DNA of 64,000 nucleotides from Sphingobacteriales bacterium (GTDB taxonomy: Bacteria; Bacteroidota; Bacteroidia; UKL13-3), in assembly GCA_021299635.1 (NCBI GenBank), contig JAJTFA010000002.1:249110-313109 (forward strand), given 5' to 3'. Made by a program: the position numbers and the translations under genes. Below are positions 1 through 9,845 of the stretch, in pieces (the stretch's first letter is position 1; every line of letters begins with the position of its first letter). Below the pieces are notes generated by a model. That model saw only the letters and a list, made by a program, of their open reading frames with translations. It made no database searches and was not told the origin of the DNA.

Positions 1-699
1 CATTAATCGAAAGGGCCCCATTTTAAAACCGGTACTTTCCATCAATTGATCTATGGCTCCAACTGAGGCCACCTTTTCTTCAGCAATTTTTAAGCCTTCA
101 ACATAATAATGTCTGGCTACTCTGTTTACAATAAATCCAGGCGCATCGGCTACCATTACGCACGTTTTACCCATTCCCTCGATAAGTTGTTTACAATAAT
201 TTGTTAAGTCCGGATTGGTTTCTGCACCTGAAATAATTTCAACTAGTTTCATTACGGGTGCAGGATTAAAAAAATGAATGCCAAGCACTCTAGAAGGATT
301 TGGAATTTTAGCCGCAATTTGAGTTACCGGAATTGAAGAAGTATTGGTAGCCAAGATGCAGTTGTTACCATTTAATTCGGCCATTTTCTGAAAGAAGGCC
401 TGCTTTACATCAAGCTTTTCAATTATTGCTTCTATAATTAAATCTGCTTTCAGCTCATCAGGGTTTGAAGTGTAAGCAATAAGCTTTAGTGTATCATCTT
501 TTCCGGAAGCAGTTATTTTTTGTTTATCAACCAGAGTCTGTAAACTTTTTTCAATAGAGGATTTTGCTTTTAGCAACATGCTTTCACTTATGTCATATAT
601 AATGGTAGTGTAGCCTGCCTGCGCAGTAACCTGTGCCATGCCTGCGCCCATTGTGCCTGCTCCTGCAATGCCAATTCTTTTAACAACGTTTTGCATTTA
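1..699 (-). CDS. 3-hydroxyacyl-CoA (3-hydroxybutyryl-CoA) dehydrogenase, NAD-binding; 3' end runs off the window
   Basis: Minus-strand translation from the ATG at 697-699 reads MQNVVKRIGIAGAGTMGAGMAQ (Rossmann GxGxxG) and continues ...FFNPAPVMKLVEII...GFIVNRV, typical of Hbd/FadB C-terminal-type dehydrogenases. The ORF is open to position 1. Confidence 0.85.
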
Positions 700-805
700 G
701 CAAATGTACATTTTTAAATGATTATGTGTTGCCACTTCCAATTGCACTGGCTATAGCTTTTTGATTAACCATTTCATATAACGTATTTCAATCCGCTTTC
801 ATCAT

Positions 806-2473
806 TTAATCCAATATTCTCTTTCTGAATAAAAGAGGAAGATTCAGGATAAAAATCAACACACCAATTACGCCTATATAATCGCCATAAGTTGCATAAA
901 AAGTTTGTGACTGCATAATATAAAGGTCTGCCTTCAGAGCATCAGGTACCCACCAGCTACTGCTGCTTATGGTTTGTCCTTTATCATCAATAAATCCGCT
1001 GATACCGGTATTGGCGGCTCTTGCTATATATTTTCTCATTTCTATGGCTCTGAGTTTAGCATAGTTAAAATGTTGCTGATAACCGGGTGTATTACCCCAC
1101 CACCCATCATTGGTTACCACACAAATTAATCCTGCTCCTTTTTTTACATAACTGCCTACATATTCACCATAAACAGATTCATAACAAATAACAGGAGCAA
1201 GCAAATTACCCCTACCCATATCAAATACTTTTGCCCCATTGTCGCGTCCTAAACTTCCGCTGGTGCCTCCAAGTTCAAGGGTTAGGTTTTCAAGAAATTT
1301 AAATAAAGCAGGATAGGGCATACGTTCAACACCGGGAACCAATTTTGATTTATGGTAAATGCTTATACGATCTGTTTGATTAAAAAATATGGCACTATTA
1401 TAAGCATCATAATAAAACATGTCATTATATCTTCTTGCTGTTTCAGAAAGTGTTTCACCTGATTTGTAAAAGGAATAGGTATCTGCGCCACTCAAGATTT
1501 GCACTTGTGGATGTTTTTCAAGAAAATCCCTAACTTGTCTGATAACTGTGTTAAAGGCGAGATGATCTTCATCAAGGCCTCCAAGTAATGCCGTTTCCGG
1601 AAAGCAAATTAACTGTACACTGCTATCCATATTTGCCTCTGCAAGTTGCAGCATTTTGCCTACCTGCTCTTCTGGGCTCATGCCCTCAAACTTATCTGTA
1701 TATGGATCTATATTGGGCTGCACCACCATTACCCGCATTGGCTTCCCCTTCTGCTTATAATCAGCTAGCACATGCCAAGAGAGTAAAGTGGGCACAAGCA
1801 AATAAAAGAAAGCCAGATTAAAACCTTTTGAAAAGCGCATAGGCTTACTTCTTTCAGGTAAACTTTTTAGGTAGCGAAACATTTTAATATTGACCAACAA
1901 AACCCAGAAGCTGCCGCCTAGTGCACCCGTATATTCATACCATTGTACAATATCAGGAGCAGTAGAAAAAACATTCCCAAGTGTTAGCCACGGCCATGAT
2001 ATTTCCCAGTTGAGATGAAGGTATTCAAATGCCAACCATGCCGCAATAAAAAAGGTGTAGGCCTTAGAAGGCCCTGCCTTATGCATCATACGGTGCATGA
2101 GCATAAAAGGCAAACACATAAGCAGTGTATTAATTAAAAAAGCCGCAACACCACCAACGGCTGATGCATTGCATACCCAGTAGGTTACACCTATATTCCA
2201 AAGCAACAATGAAAGAAATAGCAACAAAAAGAAAAAACCTGTACGATTTCTTAGCTTTTCTTCCAAATATAAGAGCGGAACAAAACCGCCAAATACCAGA
2301 ATAAAAAATCCGGAAGGCTGCCATGACAAGGTGAGCATGAGCGCACTGCATAAAACCCAAAATATTGGCTGCTTTAAAAACTTTTGATTCATAACCTTAG
2401 CTGCAACATGCGCTAAAAATAAATGTTTTCCAAACCATATGAATGTGAAGATTTTATAAACTATAGTTAGCAT
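806..2473 (-). CDS. lnt: apolipoprotein N-acyltransferase
   Basis: 555-aa ORF with multi-TM N-terminus and a C-terminal carbon-nitrogen hydrolase domain (VMVVQPNIDPYTDKF, ...LICFPETA...). ATG confirmed at 2471-2473. Confidence 0.85.
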   Translation of the reverse strand: MLTIVYKIFTFIWFGKHLFLAHVAAKVMNQKFLKQPIFWVLCSALMLTLSWQPSGFFILVFGGFVPLLYLEEKLRNRTGFFFLLLFLSLLLWNIGVTYWVCNASAVGGVAAFLINTLLMCLPFMLMHRMMHKAGPSKAYTFFIAAWLAFEYLHLNWEISWPWLTLGNVFSTAPDIVQWYEYTGALGGSFWVLLVNIKMFRYLKSLPERSKPMRFSKGFNLAFFYLLVPTLLSWHVLADYKQKGKPMRVMVVQPNIDPYTDKFEGMSPEEQVGKMLQLAEANMDSSVQLICFPETALLGGLDEDHLAFNTVIRQVRDFLEKHPQVQILSGADTYSFYKSGETLSETARRYNDMFYYDAYNSAIFFNQTDRISIYHKSKLVPGVERMPYPALFKFLENLTLELGGTSGSLGRDNGAKVFDMGRGNLLAPVICYESVYGEYVGSYVKKGAGLICVVTNDGWWGNTPGYQQHFNYAKLRAIEMRKYIARAANTGISGFIDDKGQTISSSSWWVPDALKADLYIMQSQTFYATYGDYIGVIGVLIFILNLPLLFRKRILD

Positions 2474-2488
2474 AGTTTTTCATAAAAA

Positions 2489-3514
2489 ATGGGTTTATTT
2501 TGCCCCCTCATGCGTTTGTATAGGTATCTGTATATTTTTTATTGTTTAGGCGTTTCCTCAGCTTATGCCCAAATACTTCCTTCCTTTGGTAATTCAAGAA
2601 CGGGAGGTACCGGCATGCAATTTCTCAAGATTTCCCCGGATGCAAGGTCTATGTCGCTTGCAGGTGCTGCCGTTGCAGTAGCCAATGACGCATCAGCAAT
2701 GTACTGGAATCCGGCAGGCATAACAGGCGTAGATACGGGCAAAGTAAATCTCATGATTTCACATAGCCGCTACTTTGGTGATATCAACGCTAATTATGCA
2801 GGGGCTGTGATTAGAGCAGGACGCCATTCATTTGTTGGTGTTCAGGTTTTTTCCATGGATTATGGAGATATGAAGGAAACAACTGAGTTTGATCCCAGCG
2901 GCACAGGCAGAACATTCGGCATCAACAATTATTTTATCGGCCTTACATACGCCAAGGTATTAACCAATAATTTTAGTTTTGGACTCAATGGCAAATATAC
3001 CAATGAAAGTTTTGCAGGCATTAATGTACATAATGTACTGTTTGATTTAGGCCTTAAATATGACGTGGGCGTAAAGCATACCCGCTTTGGTGTTAACTTC
3101 AGTAATTTTGGCTTAAATGTTAAACCTTCAGGCGGTGTGCAGGTGTTAAAATTTGATGGCATGCAAAACATCAGCAATTTCAGCGATATCTCAGTTCCTG
3201 CATTGTTTCGTTTGGGTATTGCATTTGATCCTGTGCATACCAATGAGCATGTGCTTACTTTAGCCGGACAACTCAATCATCCTACGGATAATAATGAAAC
3301 CTATGTGTTGGCTGCCGAATATAGCTATCTTAAAATTGGTTACCTGAGAACAGGATACGAGTTTGGCTCTGATGAAAATTACATCGGCCCATCAGCAGGA
3401 ATTGGAATGAAAATTCTTCGCAGATTTGGTGGTTTAACCCTTGATTATGGCTTTGTAGCAAAAAACCGTTTAGGATACAACCAACGTATAACCTTAGCAA
3501 TATTGGTCAGATAA
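2489..3514 (+). CDS. T9SS-associated outer-membrane beta-barrel protein, PorQ/PorV family
   Basis: 341 aa with signal peptide (..LGVSSAYAQ). N-terminal motif FLKISPDARSMSLAGAAVAVANDASAMYWNPAGI resembles the conserved PorV/PorQ N-terminus. Remainder is Gly/aromatic rich and beta-barrel-like. The length favours PorQ. Confidence 0.55.
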   Translation: MGLFCPLMRLYRYLYIFYCLGVSSAYAQILPSFGNSRTGGTGMQFLKISPDARSMSLAGAAVAVANDASAMYWNPAGITGVDTGKVNLMISHSRYFGDINANYAGAVIRAGRHSFVGVQVFSMDYGDMKETTEFDPSGTGRTFGINNYFIGLTYAKVLTNNFSFGLNGKYTNESFAGINVHNVLFDLGLKYDVGVKHTRFGVNFSNFGLNVKPSGGVQVLKFDGMQNISNFSDISVPALFRLGIAFDPVHTNEHVLTLAGQLNHPTDNNETYVLAAEYSYLKIGYLRTGYEFGSDENYIGPSAGIGMKILRRFGGLTLDYGFVAKNRLGYNQRITLAILVR

Positions 3515-4762
3515 ATGAACGTAAAAGCAATTCATATATTTTTTGGCATCGCGATTTCTCTCTTGTTCACGTCTTGTTCAGCGCTGTTTGGCAATAAGGA
3601 AGATGAACAGGTGAATGAAATTTTTGTTCAGGGCGCTATAGACCCCAATCTTATTCCTCAAACCGTAGGATACGTTCCTGTTTATCCTTTTTTTCAGGGC
3701 TTCTCAAATCCCATTGATGTTTTTGTAGGATATGATGAATTGGTTTATGTAGTAGATGATAACGGACTAAATATTTTGGACCAAAAAGGTACGAAGTATC
3801 AGAATATTCCAATCCCCGGGGCAACAGATGTTACTCAGGACAGAAGATTGCATACATATGTTTGTGGCAGGGTTGAACTTCCAAGAGGAGCAGGTGGCGC
3901 CCTGGTAAACTTACCTGCAGTTTACCACCTGATGAATACGGCAACGGGAAACTACGTTATTGTAGATACACTCATTCACCCCGATTGCGATGCATCCAGA
4001 GGCGCAACCGCTTTCCGTGGAACCGATGATGAAAAAGTGCAATTCACTGGGCTGGCTACCTTACATGATAATACATTGTATGTAAGTCGAACCGGTCCGC
4101 GTAATGATCCCAATGCATTTTTCAGACCTGATAATGGGATATTATTATTTGATGCCGATGGATTAAATGTGGGTTTTGCAAACGGCCTAACACCCAATTC
4201 CCCTAGTTTAAAATCTGCCATGGGTATATCTGCTATTGCAACGCTGGCAGCACCTCCGCAGCGTCAGCAAGGCATCAATACAGGAAAAAGTTTTATGCTT
4301 ACTCAGGCCGATGCAACACTAAATATTGAATACCGTACCTTACACATAACGGTTTCAGACGATCCGGATGCCGGTACATCATACAACGAAACATCTTCGC
4401 TGCTCAATTACGACTATAGTAAAGGAGATAGATTTTTGTATCAACCTTTTCGGTTTAAAAATCCCGAAGATTGTTTTATTGCACCTGATGCGTTGCAATA
4501 TAGTTTTATTGTTGACAGCGGCACCGACTCTCTTTATATTTTTACGAATCAGGGAATAGAAGGGGTGAATCCGCCTGCAAACTCCGGCCTTAAAAAACAA
4601 GTGGCTGTTTCCTTTGGAGGGCCCGGTATAGATGGTAATTCCGGAGGTCCTTTCAGTTTCAAAGATCCAAGCGGTGTATGTTATTTCCGCAGAATGATTT
4701 TTGTTGCAGACAAAGGCAACAACCGCATTTGTCGTTATATGCTAAGCACCGATCTACAATAA
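3515..4762 (+). CDS. hypothetical lipoprotein with NHL-like beta-propeller repeat at the C-terminus
   Basis: 415 aa. Lipobox LLFTSC. The C-terminal segment IFVADKGNNRICRY resembles an NHL repeat. Starts at the stop codon of the preceding PorQ-like gene. Confidence 0.5.
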   Translation: MNVKAIHIFFGIAISLLFTSCSALFGNKEDEQVNEIFVQGAIDPNLIPQTVGYVPVYPFFQGFSNPIDVFVGYDELVYVVDDNGLNILDQKGTKYQNIPIPGATDVTQDRRLHTYVCGRVELPRGAGGALVNLPAVYHLMNTATGNYVIVDTLIHPDCDASRGATAFRGTDDEKVQFTGLATLHDNTLYVSRTGPRNDPNAFFRPDNGILLFDADGLNVGFANGLTPNSPSLKSAMGISAIATLAAPPQRQQGINTGKSFMLTQADATLNIEYRTLHITVSDDPDAGTSYNETSSLLNYDYSKGDRFLYQPFRFKNPEDCFIAPDALQYSFIVDSGTDSLYIFTNQGIEGVNPPANSGLKKQVAVSFGGPGIDGNSGGPFSFKDPSGVCYFRRMIFVADKGNNRICRYMLSTDLQ

Positions 4763-4776
4763 TAAATTCATGCCAG

Positions 4777-5664
4777 GTGAAATTATTTCGTTCACGCATA
4801 GCTCCTACTCCTAGTGGTTATTTGCATCGCGGAAATTTATTTAACTTTTTACTTACAGCACTGATTACTCGCAGCAATAGCGGTGAATTGCGTTTGCGTA
4901 TTGATGACATGGATGCGCAACGATCCCGGCCGCAATACTTACATGATATTTTTGACACATTAAATTGGCTTGAAATTTCATGGCAACAAGGACCTAAAAA
5001 TGTTTCAGAGCATATCCAGTTTTTTACGCAGTCTAACCGCCTGCAATTGTATGAATCCTTCCTACGGCAATTAATAGAGCGAGCTGAAGTATATGCATGT
5101 ACCTGCTCAAGAAAAGAGCTTAGCGAGGAAGGTCATGCCTTGTATCCTGGCACTTGCAGATTAAAGCAAATACCGCTGAATACCCCACAGGCAGCGTGGC
5201 GTATACATTTGCCTGAAGGCACAATTGTTCGTTGGTTAGATAAAGCGCAAGGAAAAGTTGAGCTGAATCTTTCTCAACTCATGGGTGATTTCATCATCAG
5301 GCGAAAAGACGGTTTGCCCGCTTACCAGGTGGTTTCATTGGTTGACGATTTATTGTATGGAACTACGTTCATTGTTAGAGGTGTTGATTTGCTGCAAAGC
5401 ACAGCTGCACAATTATGGCTCTCGCAAGTTGTACAAAACCCTGACTTTGTGCACACAGGCTTCTATCATCACCCATTGCTGATGCATGCTGATGGAGAGA
5501 AATTATCAAAATCAGTTTCTGCTAATTATTCCAAACCATTGCATGCAACCGAGGCCTCAACTCAAGCAATCATCAGTAGCTTTTGTAGCTGGCTGGGCCA
5601 CACAACAAAAGCAAAAAGTATAGATGAGCTTTTGGGAAAGCAGTCCTCTTTGTTTAGGGTATAA
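4777..5664 (+). CDS. gluQ: glutamyl-Q tRNA(Asp) synthetase (GluRS-like catalytic domain paralog)
   Basis: Class I aaRS HIGH-region motif RIAPTPSGYLHRGNLFNF, ~295 aa with no anticodon-binding domain. The tracked ORF (4678) overlaps the upstream gene. The GTG at 4777 (VKLFRSRIAPTPSG) is the likely start, but this is uncertain. Confidence 0.65.
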   Translation: MKLFRSRIAPTPSGYLHRGNLFNFLLTALITRSNSGELRLRIDDMDAQRSRPQYLHDIFDTLNWLEISWQQGPKNVSEHIQFFTQSNRLQLYESFLRQLIERAEVYACTCSRKELSEEGHALYPGTCRLKQIPLNTPQAAWRIHLPEGTIVRWLDKAQGKVELNLSQLMGDFIIRRKDGLPAYQVVSLVDDLLYGTTFIVRGVDLLQSTAAQLWLSQVVQNPDFVHTGFYHHPLLMHADGEKLSKSVSANYSKPLHATEASTQAIISSFCSWLGHTTKAKSIDELLGKQSSLFRV

Positions 5665-5734
5665 TACTGATTCCTCATCTCATTGGCTTTTAACAGTTTC
5701 ATCCTTCATACTTTTTGCTACTTTTGCGCACTCT

Positions 5735-6565
5735 ATGCCGCTAGACCAATTACCTGAAGATAACACGGAAGATATTAAGGAAATGAGTTTCTTTGATCAT
5801 ATAGATGAGTTCAGGGGCCATATTGTGCGTTCTGTGCTTGCTGTTCTGGTGCTAAGTATTGTCGCTTTTTTTAATAAATACCTGCTATTTGATGTAATAA
5901 TTTTTGGTCCGCTGCATCTTGATTTCTGGACCTATCGGGCTTTGTGTGAACTATCATACACCTTTACCGGAACTGATTTGTATTGCATAAATGAAATGGG
6001 TTTCGTGCTTTCCAACATAACCATGTCTGGGCAGTTTACGGAGCATTTATTTGTTTCATTTGTTAGTGGTCTTATTTTAGCATTCCCTTTTATTTTATGG
6101 GAGCTGTGGCGCTTTATTAAGCCTGCACTTAGCCACAAGGAAATACGATATGCGCGTGGCCTGGTCTTCTTTAGCTCTATGTTATTTTTTGCGGGTATTT
6201 TATTTGGATATTTTTTCCTCTCACCACTCTCCATTAATTTTTTAGGTTCGTATAAAGTAAGCGAGTTGGTAAGTAATGAAATCAACCTTGATTCGTATGT
6301 TTCATTTATTGCCACACTTACTTTTGCTACAGGTCTTATTTTTGAAATGCCCATTTTGGTCTATTTTCTCAGTAAAATTGGTCTTTTAGGTAGTGGTTGG
6401 ATGTCAAAAAATCGGAGATATGCAATTGTGGTAATTTTAATTCTAGCAGGCTTACTCACACCATCACCTGATATTGCCAGCATGATTCTGATGTTTATAC
6501 CTTTATATGGCTTGTATGAGGCAAGCATACTTGTTGCCAAAGCCGTAGAGCGCAAGAAAGTTTAG
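5735..6565 (+). CDS. tatC: twin-arginine translocase subunit TatC
   Basis: MSFFDHIDEFRGHIVRSVLAVLV... with multiple TM helices. The start was moved to the ATG at 5735 (MPLDQLPED..) inside the longer tracked ORF. Confidence 0.85.
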   Translation: MPLDQLPEDNTEDIKEMSFFDHIDEFRGHIVRSVLAVLVLSIVAFFNKYLLFDVIIFGPLHLDFWTYRALCELSYTFTGTDLYCINEMGFVLSNITMSGQFTEHLFVSFVSGLILAFPFILWELWRFIKPALSHKEIRYARGLVFFSSMLFFAGILFGYFFLSPLSINFLGSYKVSELVSNEINLDSYVSFIATLTFATGLIFEMPILVYFLSKIGLLGSGWMSKNRRYAIVVILILAGLLTPSPDIASMILMFIPLYGLYEASILVAKAVERKKV

Positions 6566-6638
6566 CCGGATCAAAACGATTCTCCTGTGCTAGATAAAAT
6601 AGAATTGTTTTAGATTATATTCGACCAAAAATTAGTTT

Positions 6639-7070
6639 ATGAAAATTGCTTTAGGAGGTGATCATGCCGGATTTTTTTACAAGGAAGAAATAAAAACAAT
6701 GCTTATAACGCTTGGTCATCAGGTGCACGATTTTGGTCCCTTTTCTGACGCCTCTGCTGACTATCCTGATTTTGCTCATCCACTTGCATTATCGGTTGAA
6801 AAGGGCGAATCGGATTTTGGTATTCTTATTTGTGGTAGCGGCAATGGAGTTGCCATTACTGCCAATAAGCATCAAGGAGTAAGAGCAGCACTATGCTGGT
6901 TGGTGGAGCTGGGAGCCCTTGCCAGGCAACATAATAATGCCAATGTTCTGTGTTTGCCGGCACGTTTTATTACACTCGAACTTGCTAAACAAATTACCCA
7001 AGCGTTTATCGAAACTGCTTTTGAGGGCGGAAGGCATGACACCAGGGTAAATAAAATTGCCTGCACTTAA
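6639..7070 (+). CDS. rpiB: ribose-5-phosphate isomerase B
   Basis: MKIALGGDHAGFFYKEEI...ICGSGNGVAITANKHQGVRAAL; RpiB/LacAB family, 143 aa. Confidence 0.85.
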   Translation: MKIALGGDHAGFFYKEEIKTMLITLGHQVHDFGPFSDASADYPDFAHPLALSVEKGESDFGILICGSGNGVAITANKHQGVRAALCWLVELGALARQHNNANVLCLPARFITLELAKQITQAFIETAFEGGRHDTRVNKIACT

Positions 7071-7073
7071 CTC

Positions 7074-7985
7074 ATGAATAATACCGTTGATAATTTGATA
7101 CCATTGCTGCTGCAAGGAGATAAACGTACCCTAGCACGTTGCATTTCTATGGTTGAAAATGGCTATGAAGGTTATGAGGAGTTGCTCAGAAAACTTACGT
7201 TTAATAAATCAACGCCCGTTATAGGAATTACCGGTCCTCCGGGAGCAGGCAAAAGTTCACTTATTGCAGCTTTGGCAAGGCATATTGTGGCAAAACAGAA
7301 AACGCTAGGCATTATAGCCATTGATCCAAGCTCTCCCTTTAATCAAGGCTCTCTTATGGGCGATCGTTTGCGCATGACAGAGCATTTTCTGCATCCATCT
7401 GTTTTTATTAGAAGCATGGCGGGTAGAGGAAGTTTGGGCGGACTTGCTCCTAAAATCTTTGAAGTGGCAGATGTAATAAAAGCAGCAGGATTCGATTATA
7501 TCATCATTGAAACCATAGGTGTTGGCCAAAGCGAAGTTGAAATTGCGGCATTGGCTGATACAACAGTTTTGGTGCTGGTTCCGGAGGCAGGTGATGAAAT
7601 TCAAACCATTAAAAGCGGAGTGATGGAAATTGCAGATATATACGTGCTGAACAAAGCAGACCGAGATGGTGCAGACGGTTTTTTTAAAAATCTTTTTGTG
7701 CTTTCGCATGCTCACACAAGATTGGGTTGGGAAGCTCCGGTTATTAAAACTATTGCCACCAAAGATCAAGGCGTAGATTTATTGTTTGATGCTATACTTA
7801 AACATGCGGAGCATGGCACCGATCAGGATAAAAAGTTGCATCTCCTTGCTGAAAAGGTTTTGCTGATGATTAAAAATCAACGAACAAAAGATATTTCAAT
7901 CAAACAAATACAGTCAGATTTGAAGCAACATGTATCTGAAAAAAACTTTAACCTGTACAGGTATGTTACCAAATATAATAAGTAA
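7074..7985 (+). CDS. meaB: methylmalonyl-CoA mutase-associated G-protein (MeaB/ArgK family GTPase)
   Basis: P-loop GITGPPGAGKSS, ...GVGQSEV..., NKAD motif (VLNKADRDG). No mutase gene is adjacent. Confidence 0.85.
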   Translation: MNNTVDNLIPLLLQGDKRTLARCISMVENGYEGYEELLRKLTFNKSTPVIGITGPPGAGKSSLIAALARHIVAKQKTLGIIAIDPSSPFNQGSLMGDRLRMTEHFLHPSVFIRSMAGRGSLGGLAPKIFEVADVIKAAGFDYIIIETIGVGQSEVEIAALADTTVLVLVPEAGDEIQTIKSGVMEIADIYVLNKADRDGADGFFKNLFVLSHAHTRLGWEAPVIKTIATKDQGVDLLFDAILKHAEHGTDQDKKLHLLAEKVLLMIKNQRTKDISIKQIQSDLKQHVSEKNFNLYRYVTKYNK

Positions 7986-8036
7986 ACAAACCAGCCTCGC
8001 TACAACCTTCACAGAGGTGTTAAAAACAGAAGATTA

Positions 8037-8618
8037 ATGAATATTTGTATCCTTTCAGGCTCGGCAAGAGAAAACAACAATACCATCCGCGTAGCACTTG
8101 CCATAAAAAACCTACTGTTATCACGTCATCAGGTAACACTGGTAGATTTTAGACAGTATGATATACCTTTTATCAATCAGGCTCAGATTATTCCTCAGCA
8201 GCTTTCCTCATTTCAGCAACAATTGGCAAATGGCATGAGAGAGGCGCAATTGGTCATTATCATTTCTCCTGAATACAATTGGAGTACAACACCGGAAATA
8301 CTCAACTTTCTGCATCGTTTTGGCGAAAAGGAATTTGCGTACTTATTTCAAAATAAAGTTTTTTCAATGGTTGGAGTTTCCACAGGAAAGGGGGGTAAAA
8401 CACCTGCCTTGCATTTAACATCTATTCTCAATAAAATCATCAGTTTTTTAAATCTTGATTCAGTGGTTTGTTCGGGAATTTTTGAATCACACTTCACCAA
8501 AGAGGTACTGAATGAAAATGGAGAACAGCTGGGCAATGCCCCATATGAGAATGGCATGAAAAATTATTTGGAATACACCCTGCGTATTGCAGAGCGCTGG
8601 TGCCGCTTAGGCTCGTAA
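8037..8618 (+). CDS. NADPH-dependent FMN reductase-like flavodoxin-fold oxidoreductase
   Basis: MNICILSGSARENNNTIRVALAI... has typical SsuE/NADPH-FMN reductase N-terminal topology. 193 aa. Confidence 0.65.
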   Translation: MNICILSGSARENNNTIRVALAIKNLLLSRHQVTLVDFRQYDIPFINQAQIIPQQLSSFQQQLANGMREAQLVIIISPEYNWSTTPEILNFLHRFGEKEFAYLFQNKVFSMVGVSTGKGGKTPALHLTSILNKIISFLNLDSVVCSGIFESHFTKEVLNENGEQLGNAPYENGMKNYLEYTLRIAERWCRLGS

Positions 8619-9770
8619 GATAATTCTGAAGGTGGTTCCTTTGCCGGTCTCTGATTCTTTAACAAATATTTTCCCTTTGTGGTACTCTTCAATAATGCGT
8701 TTAGCAAGCGAAAGACCGAGTCCCCAGCCCCTTTTTTTAGTGGTGTATCCCGGCTTGAAAACCGTTTTAAATTTTGCTTTAACAATACCCTTACCGGTAT
8801 CTTTCAAATCAATGAGCACTTGCGTTTTTTCGTGCTTTACGGCTATGCAAATTTTCCCGCTTCCTTCCATGGCATCAATTGCGTTTTTACACAGGTTTTC
8901 AATAACCCACTCAAACAGGGGTTTGTTCAGCAACGCAATTTCCTCAGGTTGTGCATCAAGTTCAAAGGAAACAGTTCGGCCTGAACGCGATTGTAAATAA
9001 TCTATGCAGTGTTGTAAAACTTCAGAAACATTTACTGCTTCAAGCACAGGTGCAGAACCTATTTTAGAAAACCTTTCAGTAATTAATTCTAATCGCTGTA
9101 CATCTTTTCCTAGTTCGCTTAATATCTCTTCCTGTTGTTCTTTTGGTGTTTCTCTAATCAGGTTTATCCATCCCATGAGCGAGGAAACAGGGGTTCCCAA
9201 TTGATGCGCAGTTTCTTTACTCATCCCAACCCAAACCCGGTTCTGCTCAGCCCTGCGCGAACTGCTAAATGCTATGTATGATATGAGAATGAAAACAGCA
9301 ATAATGGTTAATTGATAATACGGATATTGCCTTAAACGGGTTAGCTGATAAGAATTTTTATAATATACGTAGTGGTAAAGTTGCTCCCGAGTATTTTCAT
9401 CAAGCAGATACTCAACCTTAATTGGGTCTCGCTGGGCTTTCATAAGTGCAAGTTCATTTTTCAGGTAAGCAGTATCGGTCTCTCTTCTGGTTGAATCCAG
9501 GTTACGGTCGTTAATGATGTTTCCGTTCTCATCAGTTACAATTACAGGAATACTTTCATTATCCATAATAATTGATAAGGCAAAAGCATTTTGCCCTTGC
9601 GAGCTACTTAGCTCCTTAAGTGCATTGGCCCATAGGAGCATTTTTTTCTCTTCCTGCTTTGCCAGGTCATCGGCAAGGGTGCGGGTATACCATAGACTAA
9701 ATACCCCAATACCCATAGCCATGAGCAATAGTAGTCTTTTCCACCAAATTTTCTGATCGTAAGTCCGCAT
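8607..9770 (-). CDS. sensor histidine kinase (orphan; no adjacent response regulator)
   Basis: N-terminal TM, H-box region ...HQLGTPVSSLMGWINLI..., HATPase_c motifs (NLCKNAIDAM..., GKGTTF). ATG at 9768-9770. Confidence 0.8.
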   Translation of the reverse strand: MRTYDQKIWWKRLLLLMAMGIGVFSLWYTRTLADDLAKQEEKKMLLWANALKELSSSQGQNAFALSIIMDNESIPVIVTDENGNIINDRNLDSTRRETDTAYLKNELALMKAQRDPIKVEYLLDENTREQLYHYVYYKNSYQLTRLRQYPYYQLTIIAVFILISYIAFSSSRRAEQNRVWVGMSKETAHQLGTPVSSLMGWINLIRETPKEQQEEILSELGKDVQRLELITERFSKIGSAPVLEAVNVSEVLQHCIDYLQSRSGRTVSFELDAQPEEIALLNKPLFEWVIENLCKNAIDAMEGSGKICIAVKHEKTQVLIDLKDTGKGIVKAKFKTVFKPGYTTKKRGWGLGLSLAKRIIEEYHKGKIFVKESETGKGTTFRIILRA

Positions 9771-9845
9771 GCAATAATATTACCTGATTACAAACATATT
9801 TAATTCAGAAATATAAAGATATTCGTGCAGTTGAATTAACGCAAT

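Noticed and set aside
1588-1821. Short ORFs from the six-frame track lying antisense or out of frame inside long, motif-supported genes. Examples: 1588-1821, 2130-2360, 2563-3276, 7305-7769, 8632-9204, 21487-22318, 25494-26130, 34707-35728, 36885-37208, 42081-42392, 56995-58611 inside sprA.
   Set aside because: Each overlaps a gene with clear family signatures on the other strand or frame. They have no start context, are of low complexity, or have odd composition. Treated as spurious.
4678-4776. N-terminal extensions of tracked ORFs: 4678 (GluQRS), 5624 (TatC), 12606 (suhB-like), 22374 (sucD), 26249 (thiolase), 45765 (T3PKS), 52188 (POP), 52958 (thioesterase), 31663.
   Set aside because: The extensions overlap upstream genes or a terminator hairpin (12591-12627), lack homology to family N-termini, and have internal starts with better signal-peptide or homology fit. 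Features use the downstream starts. The track also reports TTG and GTG starts as M.
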